From the NCBI GenBank assembly GCA_000320545.1, contig ADNK01001818.1, forward strand, positions 1 to 35,200: a stretch of 35,200 nucleotides of DNA, written 5' to 3'. Every line of letters starts with the position of its first letter. Positions within the stretch are counted from its first letter, which is position 1. This DNA is from Bigelowiella natans CCMP2755 (taxonomy: Eukaryota > Protista > Cercozoa). Under the pieces are notes generated by a model that made no database searches, had not been told where the DNA came from, and saw only the letters and a list, made by a program, of their open reading frames with translations. Positions 21,721 to 34,465 of the stretch are shown one piece after another. The position numbers and the translations under genes were made by a program.

Positions 21721-22662
21721 ATGCATGCATATTAATGTGTGTGTGTGTGTATGCTTGCGTGTGTGTGTGTGTGCGTGTACATGCACACTATCCGTCGCAG
21801 CTTGCTTGTGTTGTGGCTACGATGCTTTGCAGCAATGTGGTCAATAACGTGCACATGAAGCACACAACAAAAAAGACACAAATAGGTTCAACATAAGAGC
21901 TGTAGCCGCTGCTTTGCACAGCTACATTAGACCGAGGGCATGCTTATCATGCTTATCATGCTTATAACGTGTGTGTGTGTGTGTTGCGACTCGATCTCAT
22001 TATCATCATCATTTATTTGGCAAATCATCTGGGTGATATAATAGAATAAATATAATTTATTCATTTAGTCATCCGTCTCACATAATGCCATGCCGACTGC
22101 TGGCCATAACGTACATAGCTAGCTAGCTATGCTAATAGCAGCCAGCGCATGCATGTACATGAAACGCTTCATTAAATGTTAGCTACGTAGCAAACGGGTG
22201 TGCTTATCTAGTTATGCGCAGCGTGTTTATCTCAAAACTGCTACTTCATGTAGCAGCTAAGCCGTCCGGCGTGTCGGCTAAGCTCCTCACGCACCATAAT
22301 CGCTGTTCATACACGCGCCAAAGTAGCAACGCACATCAAGTAGGACGGGGCGCCAATTTGCTAGCTTAGTGCTGCTGGCTACGCTAAGGAGAGAACATGT
22401 AACAGCTAGACCATGGCCCCAGTATGTCTTATGTACGCTACGACAATATAGCGTGTAAACAGGACATTAGCACCTATTTGTTTACAACACAGATTTTTGT
22501 GTTGATCTTCACTTGCGGCGTGCACATGGAGAAAGGTAATGACCTTATCAGAAGAAAATATTCGAAGGAAGCCGGAAAAAACTACAGAATGTAACTAGTA
22601 CACGGTGAACTAGCACGAGAATATTCGTGAGCGGTCAACGACATAGATCACGCGTCCGTTCG

Positions 22663-23199
22663 TTATTCCGCTTTCTTTGACCTCGATCTCGATCTTTTCT
22701 TTTTAACAGGAGAAGCATTCTGTTTTCAATCACCAAAAATCAAAAAATTGTGTGAATCAAGAAATAGTGTAGACTTTAATAAAAACCTCTTCTTTCTTGT
22801 CTGTGTCATCAGGATTAGGCCCTGTAAAATTAGTTCTGAGCGTCGCATACTTTACAATATGATAAAATCTTACCGTAAAGTATACCGACGAAATAGTTCA
22901 CAGAGAATAATAGTCCTAAGCTGTAATAATAAGGAAAATTTAGTTCGCGTAGTATAAAAACGTGAGTTCTCATAACCTTAGGAATAAGAGGATGTAGACA
23001 TGGATGTTGCCACTTCCCGTAGCAATTGCCAGAAATATTGAAGCAATCAAAGCAGCTATGACATAATTAAGTACTCGGATTGTGCCCTGGTTGACACCCC
23101 TTTCGAATATGCTATTCACCACCTGCAGTACAATAAAATTTTGTGTTAGGTTCTTGAAGGAGCGGGAACATAAAATGGTACGTCCTCCGCCAGCGTCAT
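22663..23199 (-). CDS. PKR1-like ER membrane protein (V-ATPase assembly factor family), about 5 exons; absent from the ORF track
   Basis: Spliced peptide MTLAED-VVNSIFERGVNQGTIRVLNYVIAALIASIFLAIATGSGNIHVYILLFLS-LGLLFSVNYFVGILY...RSRSKKAE*. Shows an SIF..G motif, two TM helices separated by NIH, and a C-terminal KKxx ER-retrieval signal. Confidence 0.7.
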
Positions 23200-23343
23200 G
23201 GCCCTTGTACTGCCGAGGTATGAATGATATAGTTCATTTTAGTACGACATACTAGTGGATATGTCGAGGGTGAAAAATGCAGGTATATTTCCATATATTT
23301 AGTTTTACCTAAATTGGTCACGAGCGCCCAATACCTGTAGTAC

Positions 23344-23378
23344 ATCTAGATCTAGATCTAGATCTAGATCTAGATCTA
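23344..23378. repeat. Self-complementary (ATCTAG)n tandem repeat, ~6 units
   Basis: ATCTAG x5 plus ATCTA, in the divergent intergenic region between the PKR1-like and PH/EDR2-like genes. Confidence 0.9.
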
Positions 23379-23723
23379 TCTGGGAGTTTTGTATGCTGTA
23401 TGGGTTACTTTTTGATTATCGAGACAACGAAACACACTTATTCATAAGTAGATTTACGTGGCGTTTATGCATTCCTCACGAAATCCTGCGATTACTTACA
23501 CAAATTCAGGTGATTTGCACTATGTGACATAATGTTCTGGAGATATTTCTTGGAATTGGGCATTGCACAGTTCACCACTGAACCTTGGCAAGCATTTCCG
23601 CGATCTGTTCGTGGGGAGGCAGGGGTAGACAAGGTTAACCTTAACTAGACGAAAATTAGAAGCGGAAAGATAGATAGTAGGTGATTAACAGCAGAATAAT
23701 TTAGAATAATTGAGGTGACGAGG

Positions 23724-26700
23724 ATGAAGAGTGGGGAAGATGTTCTGGGGTCTATGGCACCACACTACCCTTTGGAAGTGGCATCAATGGCGCATGACGT
23801 GTTTTCCACACGCTTTTTTTTGTTATTTTAGTATCTAAATTGGTTGGAGGCCTACGAATAGATTCTTGGTATTCAAATGGTAGACAATGGAGAAGATTCT
23901 CCGCCTCTCTCTCCGGAGATGGTATGCAATCAAATCGACAGTTAAGGAAGTCCCAACTAACCTCTTCCCTCCTCGCAGCTGTCCGTAAACCCCCCACTTT
24001 CTGGTATTCGGATAAAAGGATTTCTATGGAAAAAGCACAGGAAGAATAAGCTTTGGAAAGGCTGGCACAAGCGATACTTCGCTTTGACAAATGAGAAGTT
24101 GGTCTACTTCAAGAATGAGCGCGAAGTGAGTACAGGACTGATGCGCGCATTCTTTCATACCGATTGATACATACGGTACTAAAATTGTGTAAAATCATTA
24201 GATGTGTGGCAAGGCAAAAGCTAGAGGTGAGATAAATTTAGGCGCGGACTGCACAATTGTGGCCTCGCCTGAGGGTAACGGGAAACTAATTACGAAGGTC
24301 GTTATCTTTTTTAAGTCGAGGCCAACGTGCCTAGTATATGGGTATCATCAACACAAATTTAATCATATATCAAACAGTTTATGTTACTTGTACCACCTGG
24401 AGGAATGATCCACCTTGGAGGGACTTCCAAGGAAGATGCAGATGAGTGGATAGCAAGAATCCGCGACGTGATAAAAGAGCAGAAACACGAAGGGAGTATC
24501 AGGAAGGCGGACGAGTCATCATCTTCCGACGAAGAAGAAGATGCCAACGATGACAACATCATAACTGAAGACGATGGATTAAATTCCAACAATTCCTTCG
24601 GTTTGTGTCCAAATCTGACTAATTACTAAAAAGTGATTTGAGATAAATATCATTTCTTCTTAGCCCGCCAAGATTCCGATATCGCATCAGGATTAGCGTA
24701 AGTTCTAAATATGTTTTTACTACTTCAATATGTAAAGATGCTACGTGCTCAGGTCTCCTGTAGGGAAGAGAGAGAGGGTCCAGGGAACAGTGACTGGGGC
24801 AGCGAAGCATGGTGTATTGCTCAAGCGTAAGACTGGCCTATTCCATGGATGGCATCAACGTTATTTCATCTTGGTTAGATAGAGCACTATTTCATCATAA
24901 AAAGAAGACTTCATTTAGAATGAATCTGAGGATCCAACTAATACTCTGACTTCATTTTTGCGTATTCAGCGAGGAAACTCTTTGAGTTACTATCGTATGG
25001 ACCTGAAAAATAACCAAAATACCTTGAGCGCGAAATGTTTCAGGTCGGAAAATAAATTGAGGATGACAACTGGAAATCAAGTGTTTCTAATGTGATGCTG
25101 TGTTTTCTTTGACATAGGAACAGTATATATTTGACCCGAGAGTTTCACGTTGGTTACGATAAATCACGAGAATCGGTGAAGTGAAGCAACTACCATCGAA
25201 TTGAACACACAACTACATTGATAGAGGTTTTCCCAACTTGATTAAGTTGTTTGCTCACCCCATCCAGGAGAAGAAAAAGAGGGAACATATTCCTTTTTCA
25301 GTGGTTGGACCCAGGGTTTCCTTGAACCTCTCGGCGAAAACGCAAGAGGAGGCACAATCATGGGTCGAGGAGATTCAGAAGAGCATAGATGCTGCGCCCT
25401 CCGTATCTGACAAGGGTCTGTCATTGATGACGAATCCATTTTTTTGTTATGATAGTAGCATGTTAACCAGTTTTCAATCACCCACTTTCAGGATTTCGAA
25501 AAGTAAGTGATACCAGCGACGGATTTTCACCTGATGGCAAGTCGGTGCGCTCTTTAAGACCTTCCCGGGCCGCTCGTGTGTCAGGGTCGCCAGTACCATC
25601 GTCTCCTTCAAAGGTGCTATACAACCAGTGAGCGAATAGGCAGTCTAAAAATGATGATATCTGTACTAATTATCCTTTTGACAAAATTAAGGGCCTCCAC
25701 TCTCGAACAAACACTGTGCCTTCTCTGGGCACCATCCGGATGCACTCCACGCCAATTAAACAAGAAGGCACAAGTCCTGTCTCACAAGCTAGTAGCAGCA
25801 GTCCGCACCTTAGGTAATAATAATACAATCTGCAATCCAGAGCGACAACAAATTGTTTGTTTTTGTCCTGTTCAACATCAAACCCATCCTTTCTTTCTGT
25901 GTTCATTGACATTTGGTTGGCCGATTTTCGAAATTAATCTTTTTGCTATTTGGGGAATCTTAATGATGTGACAAATACGCTACTACCCGCTAAAGAGAGA
26001 ATCTAGCGATAGTCATCTATCCCAAGTCTATTATTTTTTAATTTAGAAATTCTAATGCATCTGTTCAGACACCCACGCACATACAAACATTCACACACAC
26101 ACACACACCCAAAGTCAAAAGCAAGCAACAAATACTTGTAATGCTTCTCTTCTATAGTTGCAATACATTTTTTTATCCTGTGAGATAACGTGTATACCAA
26201 AGTCTCTTTTTTCCCCAAGGATAGAATGTTGTCTGATGTGTCATTTTCTCTTTTCAGAATAAATCTGGAGAATGAGATGTGGAACTCAGCAGTCCTACTG
26301 GAAGGATGGCTCTGGAAACGTTATGTTCGGAAAAAGTATTGGATGGGCTGGCACTTAAGGTGGTGGTGGTGGTGGTGAGGTAGTGTTGCAAAGAGAGACA
26401 CGCCAAGAATTCGGAGAATGATGGAAGTTAAAATGGGACGATATACTTGATTATTGAACAGGTATTTCATGCTGAGCGGCAACACTCTGCAGTACTTCAA
26501 GGACGGTCGCAAGAAGAGAGTTATTGGTTCGGTTGTATTAGGTATGGTTTTTAGTGGTGCCCTGATTTGTACTATCTCTCAATGTCAGAAGACAACAGCA
26601 ACTTTGAGATAATATGGTTACTGACTTATTAACTATTTCCTACTGTTTAGGAAGCGATTGTTGTATAGATTTCCCCGGTGAGTAATACACAAAAATGAAC

Positions 26701-28669
26701 TAACGCCTAATCATCATTCTCCAGCACCTTTGTTAACACAATCAAATTTGCAAACATGCAGGTTCCACAATAGTGGTGAAGAAGAATAAAGTTCTTTACC
26801 CATTTACTGTGTTTCTTGATGGGCCACCTCATGAGCAAGTCTCCACCAGAAAGTCAGTTAGTCATCACTTATTTACGTGAATATTTCTGTGCGTACGTGC
26901 ATGCGCCATGTCAATTTTACTCACATTTGTTATCTTTCGACCATTTCAGTGCTCTTCTACTCGCGACGCCAAAGCAGGAGGTGGATGATGATCACCAACG
27001 ATGAATATCAAGATCTCTTTTTGCGAAGAAAATACTGATTCTCTGTTACCACTTTTTAATATAGGATGCAAAGCGCTGGACTGAGTCATTGCGTCGTTCT
27101 GTATATGGTCCCCAATCGAGTGAGAACACCACCAAGTTTCAGCTGCAGGATAGGTGTGTAGAGTAACCATCCCTTTCAATATGTATTATGAGTTCATAAT
27201 CATGATAATATGTTCATAATCATGATAATATGTTTGTGTTTTTCACCGAAAACCGTAGTGACGATGAAGGTGAGGAAGAGGAAGAGAAGGATACGGCAGT
27301 GAGATACGGGTAAAACTGTATTTACTATTTAACTTCATCACACGCATACTAGAGGTTCTCACGGTCCTTGGAGGCAATCTCTTGTCGTGTGTGTTTGATC
27401 TTGATCTTATTGTCTTGTCATTACTGTTGTACCAGGGATAAGATAAGACTTTCTACTCGTACTGCATACGATTCGAAGGCATCTCCAGGGTCTAATATTA
27501 CTGTTTCCACTACTATCCATTCACATCCATATCACGTCATCCCTTCTCCTCTTCCTCCTCCTCCTCCTCCGCTTCTCCAATACCAGAGATAGAGAGAGGG
27601 AGGGTGTGCGAGAGAGAATTTATCAAAGCTAGCAAATTCGTCATTTTTGCTTTCCTGCCAGTAACTCTCGAATTATTATCTTTTCCCAGCGTGGTTCAAA
27701 TCTTCAACAAGCTGGATAGAAGCTACTTCGTAGTTCCCCCTGTATATCACGACCGCCATCATCATCATCATCATTATCACCATCATCATTATCATCAATA
27801 ATCAACCTCAACCATCAGTAAGCCCTCCTATAAAATCACTCATAACACCAACCACCACCATCATCATTTGTAGGTTGGGCCTGCTATAGCGCCAGAGCTC
27901 TATGCAGATGCGACATTCACAGTTTTAAACCCTTGTTGGCCTCGTAACCTCTCATCCACTGACAAGAAGGACCTTAAGGAACTTAGTGGTTTTGGCGAGG
28001 AATTAAGGTGGGAGCCGACTGAACGTGAACGACGTCGTCAATGATGAAAGAAAGGAGAGACTTAAAATTACTTAAATGTTAATTTAGTGACTTTCTTCTC
28101 ATAATCTTTCTCCTCCTACTACCACTCTTGTTTTCTCTACTACTTCCCTGATGTCTCGATCAAGGTATGGCGTCAAAGTGTTGTTGGCTGACACCAAAGG
28201 GCGGGTGTGGTACCAGGTGCTGCTGCTGCTGCTGCTGCTTCTCACAGATTTTCAAAAAGCTCCTTCTCGCACCCCCCTCCCCCCACCTTCTCTTTATCTC
28301 TGTTGTGTGCGTGCGTGCGTGTGTGCGTGTGTACTCTACCACGTGCCAAAAAAATCTTCATATCTCTGTATCATTATTGTTACCAGTGTCTTGTTTTCGC
28401 CATCATGAACTACTTTAATTTAACAAATGTTACTACTACTCCATACATGCATTAGTTCTCTTTCACTCATTCTGTGATATTATTTTGGTCATTCCTAAAT
28501 CGATTCGAAGGATGGTTATTACGCGTTCGGCAAAGCGCGCAGCGACATACGCGAGACTAAGGAAACACGGCTGATATTTCACCGCATGTCGGCTGGCTCT
28601 CGGGAAGGGGACATTGTATATTATGGACAAAATAATCTACTCATCGAGGTAGGAGGAGGTCTACCGACT

Positions 28670-28704
<35 letters not shown>

Positions 28705-29814
28705 CATAGTAGTCATAGTAACTATGGAAGTGAATTTGTGCTACCAGCAACCAACTGGCACATTTTCCCAAAGGAGGGTACGGGGTGGGGGGGATGCCGA
28801 TAATAATGTTTTCATTTCTAGTAAATGATAATCGTTCTAATCAGTTGACATATTGTCAGGCAACTACTTTGAAGTCGAAGCGATTAAAGCCCGTGCGAAA
28901 CTACAAGAAGGGATCTTCACGATTAGTAGGCGGCTATATCAACTGCAATGGGATGGGAAAGCCAATTCACTTCACCATTCTTAGGTCATCATCATCATCA
29001 TCATCATCATCACTGTTGTTGTTGTTGCTCCCGACATTGGTTACAAATGAATCCGAACATCACCGACTATCATCAATTGAAACAGGGATGCAGAAAGTTG
29101 TGCTGTAAATAATAGTAATAAGCAGTCGGGCGAAGACATCTGTAAGATGGAGGTGCGTTAAAGTATATTATGGCGAGCAAATTTTTGTTTGAATAAATGA
29201 GTAACTACTGTGTATCAGCAGCAGTGTGACACATAATACTACGCCAAGAAAGAGTGATAGTTACATGGCTATTATTTATCCACTCTCTGTTTTTTGTTCA
29301 TTCGTTTCCGCTGCTGCTGCTGCTGCTGAATCTTCCATTAATGGTGATGCTGGTTGTAGGTTTCTGTGATAAATTCTGTGACAAGAGAGACCGAGAATTC
29401 GCCCATCCAACTCACTCCTGGATCACCAGAAAACTTAGGTTTACTGTGCGGAGGTAATAATGATAATAATGATAATAATAATAATAAATGCAATAATCAG
29501 GGGAGAGGACGGCTCAAGTGTGTGTGTGTGTGCGTGTGTGTGTGTTTGTGTGACACAAGAGAGGGGGGGAGGGGGGGGGTGGCGGGAGTGAAAGGGGTTA
29601 TGGGGAGTTTGCTACTGCATATTCTTGAAACAGCAACATCATCATCTTTTTGTTGTTGTTCTTGTTGCGAGTAGGTATTCACTTCGTGTCGATTTACATC
29701 TCGGGGCTATCACCCGAAGGAAAGAATGTGGAGGCAATAGAAATCCCGGTGCCTGAGATCCCAGATGCCAGCAAGAAGTCTTTAGCCTCTAGAAAAGTTG
29801 TAGAATTAAAGAGG

Positions 29815-29851
<37 letters not shown>

Positions 29852-29877
29852 CCCCAAATTAGTAGTATTAGTAGTAT

Positions 29878-29912
<35 letters not shown>

Positions 29913-30168
29913 AGTAGTAGTAGCTGAGGGGGCTGATCAACCCCATTTTTTATCTAATGCACGATATGTCGCTAAATATCTTTTTCCTTCCGCACCATCT
30001 CTCAAATAATACTGTTTTTTGTCTTATTCTCGTCGGTCGTCTAGTTTGCATCCTTTATGCCATTCTGGGAGGATCTTCGTCAGTTGCGAATGGGAATGTA
30101 AACATTGGTGGAAATCGCAGCAAACACCAGGCGATATGCTTAGGGTTATCAAATCTGCTTCCAGGTGG

Positions 30169-30200
<32 letters not shown>

Positions 30201-30495
30201 CTTGTTGTAGGAAGAATCACGGCAATCGTGATGATGATGATGATATTCATGCACTTTTTAACGATTGAATTATTCAATTTGACTGCTATCTTTGAATTTT
30301 GTTCCTATGTTTTTTTGTTGGTCTGACTTATCATATATTCGTTTTTTCGCCGTCATACAGTTTTGATACGGAGTGGATACTACTGGCTCTTTTCGGGATG
30401 TACTCTTTCTTTCAAACGATTATAACGAATGAAGATGGAATCTTCGTTGTTAGCGTTGCAATGATGATTCTCACTTTGGTGAGTAGAGGCAGAGG

Positions 30496-30537
<42 letters not shown>

Positions 30538-32748
30538 AGCTTATAAATAGTGATTTTGTTAAATAAAGACGACAGCATTAACAGTAGCGGAGCACGGGTT
30601 GTTGTTTTGATCCATCGGTGTTGAAGAGAAATGTTGAAACTATCATCATCATCGTATAAGCGAAGAAAGAGCAATCATCATATTCCCCATCACCATTTAT
30701 ATCAGGTTCCCATTCTTCAATTTTTGAGAGGAGCACTGACAAATGAATCAAATTCCGTGGCGAAAGGCACTGTGAGGAGCAGACATACTGGTCCTTGTTA
30801 ATACTTCGACTCTACTACTACTACCATCACCATCTACTGTTTCGTATTCAGATATTATTCTAGTAGATTACAAGGGACAAATTCCATATTAATGCTGCCT
30901 AGAGTTTAGGGTTGGGGGCAGCAAATGATGCCTAGTGAATATAAAAACTGCAGGAGAGTAGAGCCACATTTTACTCCTACATTATCACATCTTGATGTTC
31001 ACTTCGATTCCCACAACCGATGATGACGGTGGTGATGATGATGATGATGTAGGAATATTGTCCCGGGGATTCTGGAAGTTATCCGCCACCCTAGTGAAGA
31101 AGGACAACGGGTAAAACCAAGCATCGAAACTTATGATGATGATGATGGATATGCATCGAAATCTCGATGATTAAACTCCTGGCGTCGACGGTTTTGTGAA
31201 AGTTTTAATTAAACATGCAGATCAAAATTGTATTCCCCTCAATTCCATCTCCATTGTTCCTAACTTCACATCATCATTATTATCGTACCGTTATCATCAT
31301 CGGTTTTTGAATGAAGCAGCAGCTGATTGAGCTTCAGAAGTATATCATCGATGATACTGTGTTCGTGGCCATTTTGTGTTGTCGTCGTCGTCGTCGTTGC
31401 CACTGCTGTCAGTTCATCGTCAAGTGTGGGAAGCGGAATTGCGGATGCGAAGCACCAGAATAACGAGGAAGAAAAGCGAGGAGTCCTGAAGGAATGTGGA
31501 GAAAATCCATCAGAGAGCAATTATAGCTACAACAACAATAGTAGTAACAACACGTACAGCGTCGATGCTGAGCCACGTGCAGCAGCAGCAGCAATGGAAG
31601 GTTCTACTACTACTGCTGAGGATCCCCCCCAACATCAAACTCCGCAAAGGACGATTAAGGGTAATCGTAGTTGTTGTTGCAGTAGCTGTTATACTTATTA
31701 TTGGGTGTTGTCGTCACTTATCGTCAGTCAATAAATCTACCCGAGATTTTTCATTTATTTACACGATTTAGCTGCAGAAGAGTTGTGAGAGGATGGCATC
31801 ATTATTTCGCAAGTACGATCGATCTCTATTGGTAGGCATTGAATATTTCTTCTTCCTCCTCCTCCTCTGCCTCCTCCTCTGCCTCCCTCCCTCGTTCCTC
31901 CTCTTCGCTGTTTCCTTCTTCTTCCTCTTCTTCTTATGTCTAGGACATGTCGCTGCTGGATCAACTCTGCCCTACTGCCCGCCTTCTGAAGAGAAGATGA
32001 AGCCTTGCTCGTGGACCAACTCGCACTTTCATAATTTTAAGGTGTGTGGCAACATTAGGAATAATGGTATGTGATAATAATGAGGAGAGAGAACAGTGGT
32101 ACTGCTGCTAGTAGTAGTCAAGGGATAGTGGGTACCTACTGCTACTGCTGCTGCGGCCGGTGAAAATAATGATAATGATAATAATGATGATGATGATGAT
32201 GATGATTGCACTTCGAAAGTAGTGCCAATACAATGTACATGCGAGGTAGCAGTCGTAGCGTATATAGTTCTTTCTTCATAATAGTGTTCAGGATGTAGTA
32301 AATGAGGGTAACATATTGCTGCTGCTTAGGTGCGGGCAGGTCCAAATTACAGGAAGCTTAAGATAAAGAAACCCTCGAAGAGGGAGCTCTTCTCTTTACT
32401 GAGTGTGGACACTATTCGAACTAACAGCAAGATAGTAGAATTCACACCGTATCTCAAATTTAAACCAGAAAAGGTCAGTTTGTTTGGAGGGGACAAAAGC
32501 AGATGATGACAGTATGCTGCTCTTAGAACAACATTGTATTGTCATTCATTCAACAAACCACCACTACTACTTGCTGCTGCTATAGTGCTACTGCTGAGAT
32601 ACTGCTGAGCAAGTAACGATGGTCATGTTCCATTGTCTGCGACAGCAAGAAATATAGTGTTCTGAGAAGAGAGATTATGTACTCCAAATTTTGATGATGA
32701 TGCTGATTCGTGTATTCCCCCTCCTCCTCCTTCTACTATATGTGTTGC

Positions 32749-32781
<33 letters not shown>

Positions 32782-33475
32782 ATGTGTGTTGTATTATTCG
32801 CTTCTTAAGGTGGACAAGCTCATAGATCTCCAAGCTCGATTGAAAGAGAAGAGACCTGACTTGCGAATTCCCCCAGTGTTCTCTGTAAATCTAACTTGGC
32901 CTACCTCCGCACCTCCCAATCCTCTGTGGGGTAAACCTATTAAGGACGGCCCTGGAATAGTCTTCACTCTCGTTTTCTATGCGAAGGATTGGTGGGTAGA
33001 CAGCTCCAAGGTAGTGCTAACGAATCAATTAATCGATCATTCATTCAGTAGCAGATTCAAAAAGGAACACACAACATTTTAGTGTTACATATCATATGTT
33101 GTAAATTGCATTTGTGAACGTCTTTATTCGCATTGTGTATTGCTACCTACCACCTCCAAATATTTCTTTAATCGTCCCTTAGGAAGATGTCCCGGCGCTC
33201 AAGTTGGTGTCCACGTGGATCAATTCGGATCTAAACTCAAAGTATATCGACATCTATACACATATTACAACGATTTTTTAATTATTGATTTCTATGAAAG
33301 AGAGTCTCAGCAGGATAAGTATTTTAGAACTGCATCAATGCAGCAATACCCCGACGTTTGTTGATGTTCTTTACTGTCACATAGGTACCGTGAGCGTTTT
33401 AAAGTGTTGCCGTTTTTTGTTAACCTCAAGGAATGCAAAATAGAAGGTATTGGACATATATATACTTCTACGGTG

Positions 33476-33555
<80 letters not shown>

Positions 33556-34107
33556 TTTTGTGCATTTCATCATATGTACATTTACATGATCACACTAAAT
33601 ACACGCACAAAAGCAAGAGCAGTAAGAACTAAAGATGAAGAGAAAAGGAGTGAACATAAGACTCCTCCGAAAATATTTAGGCATGGTTAGGACTATAGTG
33701 ACGCGATTCAACGGGAAACCGTTCCTATCACGGCCGGAGCACGAGTTCAAGAACGGCGTTCTTACACAGATCAACAGCAAGGGCCAATCTGTGGAGATCG
33801 AGTACCACAATATCACTGTTGACGGGTACTGCTCGAATATCAATGCTGAATATTATTTCAAATCCTTCGTCGATCAAATAAGATCTCGATTAAACGTGAT
33901 CCACATTAAGCTATTCTTCACTCACTATCTATTTTTATCTCTAAATCCCTTCACAGTTACCGCTTCCCTTACCTGGCCCGCTCGACCTGCTACTCTCTAC
34001 TGGATAACTCATCGACTTACATAATAGACATGGGGTATGTATGTGTATTTGTATGCGATATATGTGCGATGTACACGTATCCAACGACATATCATCATGC
34101 AGAACAC

Positions 34108-34148
<41 letters not shown>

Positions 34149-34375
34149 TGTATCCAACGGTTTATTGAGCGATGTGCTACATCATAGCAATTTCTTACAT
34201 GTTATCAGACACTCACCCTTTTTTGTCATCAACCAGTTTCTGCATTGAGGCCAGGGAGGATGAAGAGATGCCAGAACAGACCATCGGCCACGTTCGTTTT
34301 AATTATCTCGACCATAGACTTTTCCCAATGTGGACGCCGGATGTACCAAGTGTTTCCAGTGGTTCAACACTTTGA
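23724..34375 (+). CDS. Large multi-exon protein: three PH domains, uncharacterised middle region with TM helices, C-terminal EDR2-C/DUF1336 domain; start approximate
   Basis: PH1: KGFLWKK...GWHKRYFAL...EDADEWIARI (~24015..24470). PH2: HGVLLKRK...GWHQRYFIL...EEAQSWVEEI (~24805..25390). PH3: EGWLWKR...GWHLRYFMLSGNTLQYFK...DAKRWTESL (~26300..27095). Hydrophobic exon at 30361..30478. DUF1336-like: FKVRAGPNY, FSVNLTWP, RERFKVLP, NGKPFL, FCIEAREDEEMPEQTIG (~32000..34375). That this is one gene is inferred from splice-site continuity. Confidence 0.72.
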
Positions 34376-34465
34376 CATGAATCAATGATGACAGTTAACT
34401 GTTATGTGTTTGCAATGAAAACAATTTGTCGATGCGTAAAAAATGCGTTGCACAGCGTGAAACTA

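Larger units (their letters stand above)
7326..34148. repeat. Numerous intronic/intergenic microsatellites: (TA)n, (CA/TG)n, (GA)n, (AGT)n, (CAA/TTG)n, (CAT/GAT)n
   Basis: Examples: ~7326..7352, ~8341..8380, ~9619..9692, ~12055..12195, ~21681..21715, ~28668..28703, ~29818..29908, ~30498..30535, ~33482..33552. Confidence 0.9.

Noticed and set aside
27870-29800. START domain in the PH/DUF1336 gene, expected by analogy to EDR2
   Set aside because: I could not recognise START motifs in the spliced peptides, so the region is left unassigned.
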